A DNA stretch of 56,736 nt, the filler included, from Sphacelaria rigidula (taxonomy: Eukaryota), in the NCBI GenBank assembly GCA_964200075.2. It is 6 parts of 6 records of this genome, joined end to end, with 100 filler letters (N's around TTAATTAATTAA, not from the genome) between each part and the next. Parts side by side here need not be neighbours in the genome. Positions count along the whole stretch, not along the records: positions 37,893 to 47,264 come from CAXNAA020008649.1; positions 47,365 to 56,736 come from CAXNAA020008650.1; 4 more parts are not named here. The stretch is one strand, 5' to 3'. Within the stretch, counting starts at the first letter, position 1, and every line of letters starts with the position of its first letter. The notes below the pieces were generated by a model. The model was given only the letters and a program-made list of their open reading frames with translations. It was not told where the DNA came from and ran no database searches. The position numbers and the translations under genes are program-made. This document shows positions 39,950 through 52,950 of the stretch, piece by piece.

Positions 39950-40175
39950 TTGAATAATCTTACCCAATGTCTACACATTGTCTACGCAGCTACGGTTTGC
40001 TCTAAACCCTGCTTGCCCCTCGCTGATTTTTTCTTCCTTCTCCAGCATTATTCCCACTCTATCGCACAGAATCTTGCAAACTGTTTCCCCTACGGTGCTC
40101 AGTACTGTTATCCCTCGACAATTCCCTGGGTAAGCCTTGTCTCCTTCCTTGAAGAGGTTCACAATTTCCGTACTG
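39950..40175 (-). mobile_element. Non-LTR retrotransposon reverse transcriptase fragment (N-terminal part of RT)
   Basis: IVNLFKEGDKAYPGNCRGITVLSTVGETVCKIL...ISEGQAGFRANRSCVD matches the LINE K.GD...NYR.I.L...Q.GFR..RSC.D motif. Confidence 0.88.
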
Positions 40176-41451
40176 GGGGCGATACAGTATAAGGCCCGTG
40201 CGCCGGGTGATGACTTTTCCAAGGTCTTGATCTGTAGGGTATGGATATGTTCGGCAGGGTGTGAGATTTCTTATAGGGCTTAACGGAACTTCGGATACCG
40301 GTACGGAAGCCCTACAGAACTTACAGAACATGTCGGGTGTGGTATGGAGGTTGTACAAAAACCCTTACGCCCGGGGGTAGTTCTACAAAGGTGTACCCGT
40401 ATCCCAGGTGAGGGTGAAAATCTCGTACAGACCTCACGGAACTGTCTGGTACCGGTATGGAAGGCTTACAGAACTGTCGGGTGCGGGTAATACCCGGGAT
40501 ATTTACCCGAGTATACAAAAATCGTACTCTACGAAACTCAACCTTGGACCTTTCAGGTATCCAATATCAATGCACCATACCGGCAACCACAATCCTGTGG
40601 TAATCTCACGTTGAACACCACCCATCTAATGAACATCTCTCTCCCGCCGCAGGATGATGTTACGGGCACCAAGAGGTCTATCACCCGCGGGTGTTACAGT
40701 ACACTGCTCTGCGTACACGATCCCGGTCAGGAATATTTTCATCCTCACTATTTACAGTAATAGTACACAACACCCTCAATGACAGAATAGACCGTGAAGC
40801 CCTACAGTAGCGATCAAGCTGGAACATGACTAATTTGGGGACAAGGGTGTACGTAGGGTTAGATACCGACAGCAGCTGGTGTGAAGAGGCGTCCATGCTG
40901 GTTTTACCCCGTACAGTAGTGAGGATGACACTTGGTACCAGTGGAGTAAATTACCATGACAATGTCTACGAGGTGAGGAAGTGCAAAATGAAATTCTTGG
41001 ATGTTAGCAAAAACTTCTGAATGATATCAATTGGCGAGGCGGGTACAGTACCTCGGCTGAGGAAAGAAGGGTTGATTACATTAGAGGGCGGATTTGTGCC
41101 GAGGAAGGGGGGGGACGGGGGGGACGAGGGCACGGGGGGGGATTCGAGTACGACTAGAAAGCAAGGAGTAAAAAAGGAGAGGAAACTGATTCAAAAAAGG
41201 AGAACAAAATAATAAAGGAACAAGATAGAAAAATGACGGAAAAGGGGGGAAAAGGGGGGGAAAGGGGGAAAGGAGAGAGAAAAAAAGAAAAAGAGGGGGG
41301 AGGGCAGAGAGAGAGAGAGAAAAAAAGGTCGGCCCACCAGCTCCCAGCACACGGCGTTAAAGCTCCCCTCTAGCAGATGTGCCGCAAACAGTTTTGATGT
41401 GCAGTGTATATAGGGTAGATATTACGTGGTATATATAATGTAGATACCAAC

Positions 41452-41637
41452 CTTGAGGAGAGGGTGTAGATTGCCACCGCCGCACGGTGCGCCGAGCGCC
41501 TCGAAGTTATACTCCTTGAAAGAGGTGTCTTTCCAGGATCCGTTCGCCAGCATGTCCTTTGTTAGCTCGGCCTGGCGCTTCACCCGTCTCACGGCGTACG
41601 CTGAGCCTCTCACCACCTTGAACGACTTTCGGGTTAC
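41452..41637 (-). CDS. FARSA: PheRS alpha, exon; catalytic-domain exons not found in this contig
   Basis: VTRKSFKVVRGSAY...AELTKDMLANGSWKDTSFKEYNFEALGAPCGGGNLHPLLK, with the diagnostic GSW...FKxYNF...GxLHPLLK motif. Confidence 0.93.
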
Positions 41638-42010
41638 CTGTTTCACATGTGTGCGTGTGTGAGTGTGTGCGTGTGTGCGTGTGTGTGTGTGTGTTGTGTT
41701 ACGTCGTTGTGCTGTGTACTGTTTTGTGTTATCTTGTTTTTGTCGCACACGGAAGTTTGGGGGTACTAGAGATATAGTGTACGGGCATAAAGGGCGGAAA
41801 TTTATGAGATTGATTTCAGCGGTATGTGTGTCTTGGCCCTTGGAGAATCATGTGTCGTGGTTTGAGACCTATGTGAGAAAAAAATGGTCGACACTCGAAA
41901 AAAGGTTCCAGGGCAGAGGGCGGATGAATACATGCTTCAGGTATAGGCAGGATACAGCTATCCACACACCCCGTCGCCACTCCAGAGACCCAACACGAAA
42001 TAGCATAGAC

Positions 42011-42202
42011 CTGCTCGACGAGTTTCCGCCGCTTGAGATCTTTCGCCGGCTGAGCGTCCAGCGTGGTCCCGGCCGCCAGCTGGCTGAGCAACTCTCGCAC
42101 CAAGTCTTTTACCGCCCCGTCACCCCCGTTAGCCCCGCGGACCAGCTTGCTTCCCTCCCCTTTGGCCACCCACTTGTTCTTCATGCATTGTCCAAGGCCG
42201 AT
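42011..42202 (-). CDS. FARSA: PheRS alpha, exon
   Basis: IGLGQCMKNKWV...VKDLVRELL...DLKRRKLVEQ, phase 0 at both ends. Confidence 0.9.
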
Positions 42203-42797
42203 CTGGATAATGGTTTAAAGACAAAGCACGATAATCGCACGATGCATTGAAATTTATTTACACACGTTATCTTTCCGCATAAAGATTACTGTGGCTTCAC
42301 CCACCCTTTGGCCGCCTGGGTGCGTGCGTGCGCGTGTGTGTGTTCAGCTCTTGCACCGACATCATTTTCGCCTGAGAAATGACTGCTGGACTGCCAGACT
42401 CAGGTGTCCACGACAGGGTGCCTGTAGGCTTGAGCAGTGACGATCTCTGCTTCGAAATAAGGGGAGCTAAAGAGCCTTCCAGAGAAGCAAAAAAGGGCGA
42501 AGAATCAAACAATTTACCACGTGCTACACACGTGCGCCAAATCACTTCAGCTCCAAGTATCACACAGAACAGAGCTGCAAAAACAAAGTCATGGAAACGA
42601 AACAACGAAGGAGCGGGGACAACCGCGAAAAAAACCCGGCAACAACGACCGTTCCCCAACCCCTCCCCATTCGCTACAACAGCCACATCACCCTTACAAC
42701 CACATCACGTACAGGGGCAGTCCCAGTACCAGCAGCACACGAGCTACACTGAGGCAACACAGGTGGGGTCAGACACTCTGGGATACACCACACACAC

Positions 42798-42908
42798 CTT
42801 GACCACGTCAGCCCCCAAGGCCGCTTCGAGGTCCTTCTTTTCAATTCCTTCGGCGCCTTGTGGGACGCACTCCAGCACTCGCATCTCCGGAGACCCTCCT
42901 GCGATCAC
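42798..42908 (-). CDS. FARSA: PheRS alpha, exon
   Basis: VIAGGSPEMRVLECVPQGAEGIEKKDLEAALGADVVK (GSPE.RV motif), phase 0 at both ends. Confidence 0.88.
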
Positions 42909-43496
42909 CTATCCACAGTTCGTACGTACGTCCGCACAGCGTACGTACACGTTATGCACAAACCCCAAGTGTAGCTAACATGTATATATCACAGTGTAAC
43001 GTACAATATGCATACTTTTGTAACTTTCAACGTACCCGTAACATCTGTGGTACAGACTGTAATCAAGCTAACTGTACTGTACTGTTGCTAGTGTATCGTA
43101 GGGCACCTACTATAGCAACTGCGCTATCCGCGGTATCTGGCGGGTACTTCCCCTCCCCCGAAAAACTACGTGGTCAATGGTCACCACCAAGGCAAGCATC
43201 ACATGAGTACGACCCCCCCTCTCCCCCTCTACCCCCCCGGAAAACTGGAGTAGCCTCCCTCTCAGGCCTCGTCCATTATGGCTCCTGGCCTACAGTTGAC
43301 GGGCCCCCTAGATCTACGGTATATTCTATGGTAATTAGGGGAAAGCCCCCCTCAAAACTAGGATACCCCCTCCCCCTCCCCCCGCCCCCCACCCCTCAGC
43401 CTCGCTTATGATGGCGAGGTTGGCCTGCAGCTGGTAGAGACCCTTGGAGGAAGTGAACAAAATGAAAGCCAAAACAAATGTATTACACCCACTCAC

Positions 43497-43643
43497 CCCT
43501 TGACCTTCTTTGGATACAACCAAGTACTGCGTCTGGATGAGCGACGACTTCACCATGTCCTCTGCCTCAAGGGAGATCAGCACCCCGACGAGGTCTGTGT
43601 GCGGACACCCCAGCGTCTCCGCGAAGCCCCACGTGTCCTCGAT
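43497..43643 (-). CDS. FARSA: Cytosolic phenylalanyl-tRNA synthetase alpha subunit, N-terminal exon (start exon not identified)
   Basis: CAG/GTGAGT bounded: IEDTWGFAETLGCPHTDLVGVLISLEAEDMVKSSLIQTQYLVVSKEGQG, the eukaryotic PheRS-alpha N-terminal domain. Confidence 0.85.
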
Positions 43644-45629
43644 CTGTTTTCAGTTCACGTGTGTTTGTATACGCCCGGCAGAAGATCACTTCACCTCTCA
43701 GAAATCTTCGGGTTATGAGGACGGGTATCGGAACAAGATAAAAAGTTTGGTGGCCGGCAATCGGCTACTGTGCGGTGGGCACGGTGCGCTTCGCTCTCGC
43801 TAGATTCACTCGCCGTCAAGAGTGTTTCGAAATAACCACCAACCCGGAGTTCATGATACTGAAGCCATTCCAAAATGGCAAACTCTTTTCCATCATTTGT
43901 CCGCGATATGTCATACGGATGAGGGACAATGCCCAAACGCATCGCACGTAGGTTTGGTGCTGCAATTCTGAGCAGATATGGCGTATAAATGGGAAGGTCG
44001 AGCGACCAACGGGCAACACGGCAACAGTCTAACAGACGAACTGCACGGGCTTCAAAGAGCCAACTCTTGTAACAATCATCCTGGTGTAAGCAGCTCAGCT
44101 GCGCCTCCTACATCTTCGGATTGAGGTGTTTCGTATCGTGCTTCAACGACGGTACACCACCCACAGGTGTATGCACATGTGTACGCATGGGTGCCGCCGA
44201 TACTAGAAAAAAAACAGTTCCAGAAATGAAGACACCACGCAAAAAGCACTTGGAACCATGGGGCAAAAACAAGACAACAGGCGGTGGAAATCATCATCTT
44301 GAAGAAATTTGGATGATCGGCAAATCCGGTGCAGACACGAGCCTGCAAAAATGGTGTACGAATCATACGTACAGTGCAAATATTAAAGACGTTTTGGGTA
44401 AAGTTCTCACGTCTACATGAAAATAAGGGCCCCTATTCACGGGTTTAATTTTTTATACTTTCCATCCGTATTTCATCATCATATTGATGGAAATGGATGA
44501 AAAATCAAGTCCGTTAAAACGGACCCTACGTAGATAGTTAACATACTCCCCCGCCTTTTGCTTTTGAGGGTTAGCGTCGGTCAGCGACCACGCTGTGAAA
44601 CACGCTCCTCACTGGGTAGACTAGGCAACCAGGATACCCTTATGTTTTCGCTTGCGTTATTTTTACGGTAACCATGATGTTGGTCGAGCTAGACCATATT
44701 GTGCGGGGTGGAAAACCCGAACACAGCGCAAGGGGAATGACCGTACTACGAAGCGTTTATGTGGTGAGACATCAATGACGTAGGGTGTAACGCGTGGCTG
44801 TCTCTGCAAGTGGCGATACCAGAAATTGAAGCACCTCATCGGGGGCTGTCATCAATATGAAAGACGATCAGTACGCTACGGGCCCAACTATCTTCGCAGG
44901 ATGGAGCTCACCCTTTATACGAATCGCCGAACACGTCACGACGCTTCGCGCTTGATGATTGCAAGTCTGGTCCGGCAAAAAAAACGGCGTGCCCCGTCCC
45001 GGCTTTGTAGGGATGCCAGGTCAATAGTCTCATGACTACGGCATGGAACGTGATGAGTACACCAGCATTTTACTGTGCAGCAAGTAGGCCTCTTCTGGTC
45101 CAGATGCACCAAAACTCTTACATTACGCAGTAGTAGAACGCATGTGCCAACACAAGAATCTATAGAAGACACACCAAGGTATATGAAGACCATAGAGGCA
45201 ACAGTTCAATCCTTTTATACACCACTCGTAACTTGATCGACAGTTGGTTGGGCTGAGGGTGGATTCGGAATGGTTGTTTCTGGTAGAGATACAGCAGTTA
45301 CATGGAAAAGACCGTTGCAACATATAGACCGTGCGTCACAGTCACGTATCAGCCACGGTCAGCAGCACGTTGCCTGAGGGCATTTAACTTTTCACAATGA
45401 AGTAATAGCGATCGCCAAATGTCGTACAGATACTTGGGGCATGCATGGGTGCATACTTTGATACACAAAGCTGTTACTGAAGAGCTCAACAGCGTGACGT
45501 ATATATTTGGTGGGGAGTATAGTTCCTCTAGGTGGGGCTCGCGGGTGTAATTGGGTGGTGTTTTGATTTCGTGCCTGAGGTTGCATTCGCTACAGGCTGG
45601 TTCACGGTGATCACCCAAAAAACACTCAT

Positions 45630-46960
45630 CGGCAAAACCTCACGCCGTTTTAAGGAGTTAGACCCTGAAATTTTGCACAAATGTTCGGTGGGTAATTACG
45701 CAACTTTCGATGATCAAGGTTTTTTTACTCTTTGATTTTTTCCGCCGTTTTTCGGGGGTCTTTTGGGGGGAAACCTCGACCCAATTGGACCCCCGTAAAA
45801 TGATAACGAAAAAAAAAAAACCTTGTCCATCCAAAGGTTGCGTAATGTCCCAAAGCACAGTTGTGCAAAAATTCAGGGTCTAACTCCTTAAAACGGCGTG
45901 AGGTTTTTGACCTTTGTACGATGAAGTTTGCCGTACCGCGGTGAAACCGCACCCTACTTGGTTTTAGTACCAAAACGGCGTTTTTTAGCCTTCTTTGACG
46001 TGACCATGAAAATTCAAGCATCAGTTGATCGACTTTTGCGACAAAAAAAAATTGTGGAGCCCATCCTTGGGTTATGCGGAGGCATATAATTGCGAAAAAA
46101 TGAAAAAAATATATCGAAGTGCCGTTTTTCTGGGGTCCCAGAATGCAGAATATTTCGAAAATCGGGTAGGCACCGTCGCTCGGCGTGGTGACCCCCGTAA
46201 AACGGTAAAACGGTAAAAATAAAAACCTCGTCCATCCAAAGTTGCATAATGATCCAAAGCATAGTTGTACAAAATTTCAGGTCCAACTCCTTCAAACGGC
46301 GTGAGGTTTTTCGCTCTTGTGCGATGAACTTTGCCGTGCCGCGTTGAAACCGCGACCTACTTGATTTTAGTACCAAAACGGCGTTTTTGGGCCTTGTTTG
46401 ACGTGAACTTGGAAATTCAAGCATCAGTTGATCGAGTTCTGCGACGAAAATTTGTGGAGCCCATCCTTGGGTTGTGCGGAGGCAGATAGTTCGCGAAAAT
46501 ATGAAAAATAATACCGTACGTGGTGCCGTTTTTCTGGGGTCCCAGAATGGAGACTACTTCGAAGAACGACTTCGATCCCGTCAGACCCCCGAAAAACGGT
46601 GAAAAACTCAAGAAGTACACAAAACATCGTCCGTAGAAAGTCGCGTAATGATACATAGCATATTCATGCGAAGTTTCAGGATCTAACTCCTAATGGCAGC
46701 GTGAAAGTTTGCGCGTTTATGGAGGACGTGAGCTTGATTCGTGCAACTCCCAACTACTTGGTTTTAGTATGGAAACGTCTTTTGGGGTGAATTTGACGTC
46801 AAGGCAAGAAAAACTGTATGAGGTTTTCGAGTTTCTCCACCGAACTTTGTACATGTGTTCCTTGAACTCTCCCGGGACGCATCATTTCATTGTTTTTCTT
46901 TTAGGACATTCTGTACCGCCTTCCGGGGGTCTTTATGCTGGGACCCTCGGAAGCCCGTAA
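45630..46960. repeat. Degenerate tandem array of ~400-bp units with an inverted partial unit at the left end
   Basis: cctacttg.ttttagta and aactcct..a.cggcgtgaggttt recur about every 400 bp. Segment 45633-45908 is an inverted repeat. Confidence 0.8.
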
Positions 46961-47495
46961 AGAACAGAGAAAACATGATATATTGTCAAGAATACAGTTT
47001 TTCTATTTCGAGCATCAATACCCACGGAACTGCTGAGTTTGAGGGTGATCTGAGCTTTTCTACAACAGATCAAGGGGACACCATCACGAGGCTCCCTGGG
47101 TCTTTCCTGCGTATCATTAGTGGAAATTAGACGACCCCAGCACCCGACATCACCGAAACATCACGGTTTCGGGTATAATTCGACCCCCGTAGTAACCGTT
47201 TTAAAAATATGATTTTCTCATTAGATTTCCGTGTCGATGACGGTTACTACGATTTGAAGCATATNNNNNNNNNNNNNNNNNNNNNNNNNNNNNNNNNNNN
47301 NNNNNNNNTTAATTAATTAANNNNNNNNNNNNNNNNNNNNNNNNNNNNNNNNNNNNNNNNNNNNCTCACATTCCCACGCGTTCCACGGTGGAAATCATAC
47401 ATTACGAAGAAAAAACCCAACGCATCGAAAATCGAACCCCCGTTCTCTCCACCCCTATGGCGATAGTCGGACCATTACACCACCGGGGCGCGGCA

Positions 47496-48182
47496 CCATT
47501 AGAGTCGGTCTTGGCCAGAACGGCAGTTTTCAACAGGAATTTTGAACGGCTTCCACTAAAGTCGGTCTTAGACCGACTATAGTAGAGCAAGTCATTCCAA
47601 CGCGTCAACCTCCGCCTAGCCCTCTTTTGGGGCGAAAATCGACGGAGAAGGGCCAAAAGAGCAGTTTTCGACAGAATTTTGAACGGCTCCCATTAGAGTT
47701 GACCTAAGACCGATTCTAGTGGGAGCCATGAATTTTTGATTAAAACTGCCTTTTTGGCCCTTCTCCGTCGTTTTTCGCCTGAAAAGAGGGCTTGGCGAAT
47801 ATTGACGCCTTGGAATGACTTGCTCTACTCATCGAGGCCGTTCCAGGGCAACTTTGCATTTCCCGCTGGCCGCGCTTTCATTTTTGGCCTAACACGGATT
47901 TTCAACAAAAAACGGTCGAGCGATCAATAAAAAGGGAGAACATTTGATCACCTGACCGTTTTATACTGAACATCCGTGTGTGGCCACTCTTGGCCAAAAA
48001 CGGAAGTGCGGCCAGCGGGAAATGCAAAAGTTGCCCTATAATAGAACGGTCTCAACGAGTAGAGCAAGTCATTCCGAGGCGTCAACATGCGTCTAGCCCT
48101 CTTTTCGGGCGTAAATCGACGGAGAAGGGCCCAAATGGCAGTTTTAAACAGGAATTTTGAACGGCTCTGTTTAGAGTTGGCC
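47496..48182. mobile_element. Cluster of the same Tourist-like MITE: one full copy (47708-48182) plus truncated copies
   Basis: The full copy has a TAA TSD on both sides (47705-47707, 48183-48185). The upstream partial copy ends at the shared TAA. Confidence 0.85.
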
Positions 48183-48197
48183 TAAGACACGCCCTTA

Positions 48198-48372
48198 GGC
48201 CAACTCTTATGGAGGCATTAAGAATTTTATTTTGCGATAATTTTCAACGACTTTTCTTTCTTCTTTGCCGTAGTTGTGTATTTTGTGCGCGTTCGCCATG
48301 ATGACAAAGAAAAAAACACTCCTCTGAAATTGTTGCAAAATAAAATTTCAAACGCTCTCATAAGAGTTGGCC
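48198..48372. mobile_element. Short Tourist-like MITE with related TIRs
   Basis: GGCCAACTCTTATG...CATAAGAGTTGGCC, flanked by TTA/TGA. Confidence 0.75.
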
Positions 48373-49754
48373 TGAGCACTTTATTTTTCGATCGCAAAAG
48401 TGTGTTCGATTTTTTTTGTCGTCGATCTGATACGTGCACCGCATTTATATTCCCAGAAGGCTTCAACTCAAAATTATAATTAGCGGCGCGCGGAGAAGAA
48501 CGCAACGAGGTTGAAAACAATCGTGTTCGATCGAATACATGCGGTCGAAAGGCACGAAGCGGCACTTGACTCCTATCTTACAGACCACCACGCCAGATAA
48601 CACCTGTTCACAGGACCATGCAAACTCCATCCAATTCAATCTCAGCTACCACCGCAATCCTGCAGCATCGAGTACGAATTGAGCCAAGGGATAGATACAC
48701 TGCAGTACAGAAGTTGGTTGTGATTTGTTTATTTTTGTTGGCGAAAACTTGACTTTGCATCTTCTCTCATGGTGGGGATCAGCGACGGAACTGCGTGGTA
48801 CGGTGCGCAGCCGAGTTGCGTGCACGCTCATGGACAGTCGAGGCAGCACAAGGCTGCACGTTGCTGAAGTCCTCTTCACGTCGCATTGTAAAAAGAGAGA
48901 ATTGACAGTCCTGGGCTGTATGCACTGCACGTTGCCCGCTTCTCTTCTATATCCTCCTGAACGAAACACGCACACACGCACCCAAGACACTGCTTGCAAG
49001 CAATGCAGACAGTACAGACAGAGACAAAAAATTCCGGCTCCAAAAGTCACCGAACGGCGGCAAATCGGCTGTTAATTTCACCGAACCCCGAACGCGGGGA
49101 AATATAATTTTAGGAACACAGAAAGGCCTGCAAACAGGCAACAACAAACACCGCGCCTATTACTGTTGTTGATTGAAATCATATTGATATGACGCACGCA
49201 TATGTCGCGCTTACACGATTCAGACGCCTGCGGTGTAAGGAAAAATAAATATACTCGCGTTACCATTTGAACGTGATGTGTTGCACATATACAATAAAGG
49301 CTGCGATTGCCAAATAATAGACAACCCAGAAAGAGACGAAGAAAAACCAAAAAACTGCGACGCCAAAATTGATCGAACTCCAAGAAATCGTTGTGCAGTC
49401 TCGTGTCACCTGTGTTCATCCCGTGTATGCATGTATACGTTAAATTTCCGTTTTTCAGAATCAAAGTGTCAGATCCACCACCAGGGCTCCGCGTATTGCC
49501 TATTACGCGCAAACTTCCAGGCACTGACTGCTTGGGTCAAAGGTCGAATCTCGCCCTCGTCGAACGTGAACGATGGTGGGAAAACATTGCACGATCTTAT
49601 CAAGCTTTCGAGAATGGAAAATGTCGCAGGGTGAAGTAGAGCTGAAGGGCTTTGTGAAGTGTACTGTTTCAAGAGTACGTCTAATTGACCCGCTTGCACG
49701 GGAGCTTTCACACGCAAGCTTAGTTAGAAATATGTATGTATGTATGCAAATCAC

Positions 49755-49907
49755 CTGCAGATGAGCGACGTCGATGATACGGAACTCGCGACCGCCCGCG
49801 TCCTCGCTACCTCCTGGAGGCGGCAAGGGGATCGCGGCTTGGATAAGCAAGCCCCGCACTCTGGCGTCCCCCGGATTCCGCGCCGGTCCTTCTCGTCCGA
49901 GCTCAAT
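49755..49907 (-). CDS. Probable exon of an unidentified gene, likely the next exon after 56089-56247
   Basis: GCAG/GTGA bounded, 51 codons, GC-rich, phase 0: IELGREGPARNPGDARVRGLLIQAAIPLPPPGG...FRIIDVAHLQ. Confidence 0.55.
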
Positions 49908-51009
49908 CTGCGTGCCCGCAACCCAAAATAAACAGACGCACATAAACGAGTTGAGCGTGTATCGATCCAGAGAGAGGGGGGGGAGGGGTGCGAGGAAAAT
50001 GATCCATGGGACTCGCGCGACACTCTATCCGCCACGGTAAACATGTCCATATGACCGGGAAAAATGGTCTTTGGGACGCACGCTACAAACAACGTTTCCG
50101 TGAGATTGGGAGTACTCATGATCATGCTTGCCATAGTCAGATTGGGAGTAGAGGATACGATTGACAGTGAAGAGCGGTCAGTGAATGAGTCGTTTCAGTT
50201 CCGGAATGCCCCTCCACGAGGCCCGATATGCTTTCTGCCGTAGCTTGCCTCTGAGGCCCTTGATATCCCTGAGTAAGATATCGACGTGTAGCTGTGAGCA
50301 CACGCTAGTGAAAGAGGCAAAGAAAAGCACACACGGAATGAAAAACTGGCTAGGTCAAAGCGAATTACCGAAGGCACTCTCAATCAGCGCTCTACTCTCA
50401 AGTTCACGAAAACGTTGTTGACACTCGATCCGCCAAGGTAAACATATCTCCGTGATCCGGAGATCACCATGCGTGCCCTTGGACAGCTCTTCGTGCACTT
50501 GAGTGTGTGTTCATACCAAAAGAAGAAAAGGTTCGCGTGACGACAACATACTGGATTAGGTACAGCGCGTAACTACCACGTCTTCGCAACGAGAAAAATG
50601 CCGGCATTTTTTTTCGCTACACAAGGTAGCTCTGATCGGACGATGCAATGGAATATATCTTGACGTCTGCGCAGCGTGAGTTTTACCCACAAGGTAAAGC
50701 GTACACAACATCCCCTCACGTTTTTTTTTTTCGCACATGACACGACGAGGAAAAGCTTTGAAAACGGTGGATAACTTTTCACGCGTGCCGTGCGAAGGAA
50801 TTAAATCACGGCAGTATATATATATATATATACGGCACGCGGTTGGACCGAAATACCATACGACACAAGCAACGATAGATGATTTTGAAAAACCAAGGCT
50901 TCTTTCTTTACCGGAAAACAAAACCCCCACGCGTGAACGTGGTACGTCAAGGTACACGCTTCGCACACTGCCCATCCTCGACATCCCTAATCTGAGTCTA
51001 CTGCTTGTC

Positions 51010-52950
51010 AAACAGAATCCCGGCTCCAAGCCAAAATGACGTGTATCACGATGCGCCTTGGAGACCCTCCCGCATTTTCTTGATCTGGTCCTTGGACTCA
51101 ATGGCTCCGCCGTTCTCGAGCGCCGGGTACGTCCGGCAGCGAGGCTAGTTTACCGGCGTTGAGCTACAAAAGTATCGCTACCCCTAACCCTAATCCCGAC
51201 CCAACGCATACCGAGCACCCTCGGGCAAGGACGGTACATACATTCCCTAGGCAAAGTGCGGCCTTGGTAGACCCCAAATCGGCGCCTGTGGCGTCGATTT
51301 CAGCGAAAAACGCGTTCTGCGCATGCGAGGAGCACACGGTCCTTGCAGCCCTCCTAAACATCCGATTCTCGTTGATCAGACTCAAATCGAGTAATATCAA
51401 CCCCGGGCATTTGTGGCCCGATGCCGGTAAACGCTACTGCCGGCCGCAGCCGCGGGCTCGTCGTACGAAGCGACGAACCCGCCCGAGCGCTGGCATCGAC
51501 TCCCTCGACTCCCTCGCACACCATCGACTCGAGCATATTCTATCATGCAGGTTCTTCTTGGGCCGACGCTTACAAGAGCATGGCGGCGCGTGTACTGCTC
51601 CAAGTTGATGGAGGGGGGTGGGGGTGGGGGGCGTACTCATTTGTTGCTCGCCTTAGTCGTTTGACCACTGACCACGCATCCCTTTCGAGACGGAGCACCG
51701 TTCCTACTCCTAGGTGGAGGGGGGAGAGTTAGTGGGAGCACCCCCCACACTGCCCCGAGCAAAGCTTGCGAACGCTCGAGGCGCCGTCCCCGGATAACTG
51801 CCGCGAGGCAGTCTAGCCGAGTCTTCGGGTAATCAGCACACGAACTCGCTTGCGAGGTAAGTGTTGGGTTGGGTTTCCTCCTTCCGTCAAGGAAAGGAGA
51901 TTTTTTGTTTTAATCATGCAGGTTCTTCGGAACTCCGCCATTGATCCGACGCCGAAATTTCAGCATCGACGACATCCCTGAGGAGTACTCGATTCCCGTC
52001 CCTGCGATCTTCAGACGAGGACTTCGGAGACAGCGAAAGGGTGTGCCTGCGGTTGCTGCGTACCGAGTGTTGCAGAGCCGACAGCTCCGACAGCTCCGCA
52101 GGCAAGCTGCCGAGGAAATGATTCATCCAGCCTTTTTGCCTGGCGGCGCCATGTCCGACATCGACATCCCATCAACTCACCAACCGCGCTCCCACAGCAC
52201 CTGCCTTATCTCCTACGGTTGATTACCAAACTCATCTTCAGTCGCTCTCTGATCGTGAAACGGGAGGGGGGCGGGGGGGGCGTCCACGGCGAAATACATG
52301 TTCTGCGTGTTGCCAAGCTCCGGCTTTAAATCCACCGTCTTCGTAGTGACCCCCGGGGATGAATTAAGCGCTCGAAGCTGCCACGTGCAACTGCATCTTC
52401 AACTCGTGCGGGCCCAAACACCCGACAGCCATGCCAGCATCAAGAAGGATCAGCCTTCTGCTTGCCACAGTACTTCACATTCATGTTTCCCTACGTGCAA
52501 TCCGCTCCCTAGACATGTTGGCGTGCCCTGCAGCGTGGTCTGTCTGGCTCGATCACGTCAAAGCAGTCAGTCCTCCGGGTCAATTACTTGCTCCCCCCCA
52601 CCACCACCCTTCCTTGTTTTTACCGTCGCACGAGCGAATCGCGAGCCGGAGGTGGTCATGAGACGCTCGCGCCCTCCTCCAGCGCCGGTGTTGTCGTTGG
52701 CGGTGGCGTTGGCGAGCTCGCCCCTCCTACAGGGGCAAACAGTACCCACGCAATTCGATCCTGAACGGCGGGCACCATCTCGACCGGCCCCTCTTGTCTT
52801 CCTCCTCAACCGGCGCACACCTCTTACTACCCACTCAATCCCCTCGCGTGTGAATGCCTTGTAGATGCTCTCGCTCTGACTGACCATGGTAAAACACAAG
52901 AAGGTCGCATCAACAGACGTCGGGATCTCGACGTGTGTTGGTGCGACCTT
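51010..52950 (-). pseudogene. Decayed IS630/Tc1-mariner-related (Sagan-like) DDE transposase
   Basis: Ordered motifs recovered across frameshifts: Q(S/N)ESIYKAF.REGIEWV, GP.EMV, GKNKEGWW, DCFDVIEPD, DHAAGHA, MNVKYCGKQ, QP*EIRQVLWERGW, SELSALQH, SPK, IAGTGIEYS, LKFRRRIN..VPKNLHD, LGRVRRF.RRAR, RTY.ALE...KAHR..LEPGF. The family assignment is from remembered motifs, not from a search. Confidence 0.72.
51146..51435 (-). mobile_element. Small non-autonomous element containing a TTAGGG tract, inserted in the transposase pseudogene
   Basis: Terminal IR gtttaccggc/gccggtaaac. It interrupts RRAR...RTY. A similar element lies at about 2020-2813. Confidence 0.55.

Noticed and set aside
32123-43643. Derlin and FARSA as neighbours or a fused gene
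   Set aside because: They are separated by an artificial contig join at 37793-37892.
51914-52126. LRR-like peptide FLGSLPAELSELSALQH
   Set aside because: It is single and unrepeated, and lies in register between QVLWERGW and SPK...IEYS, so it is part of the transposase.
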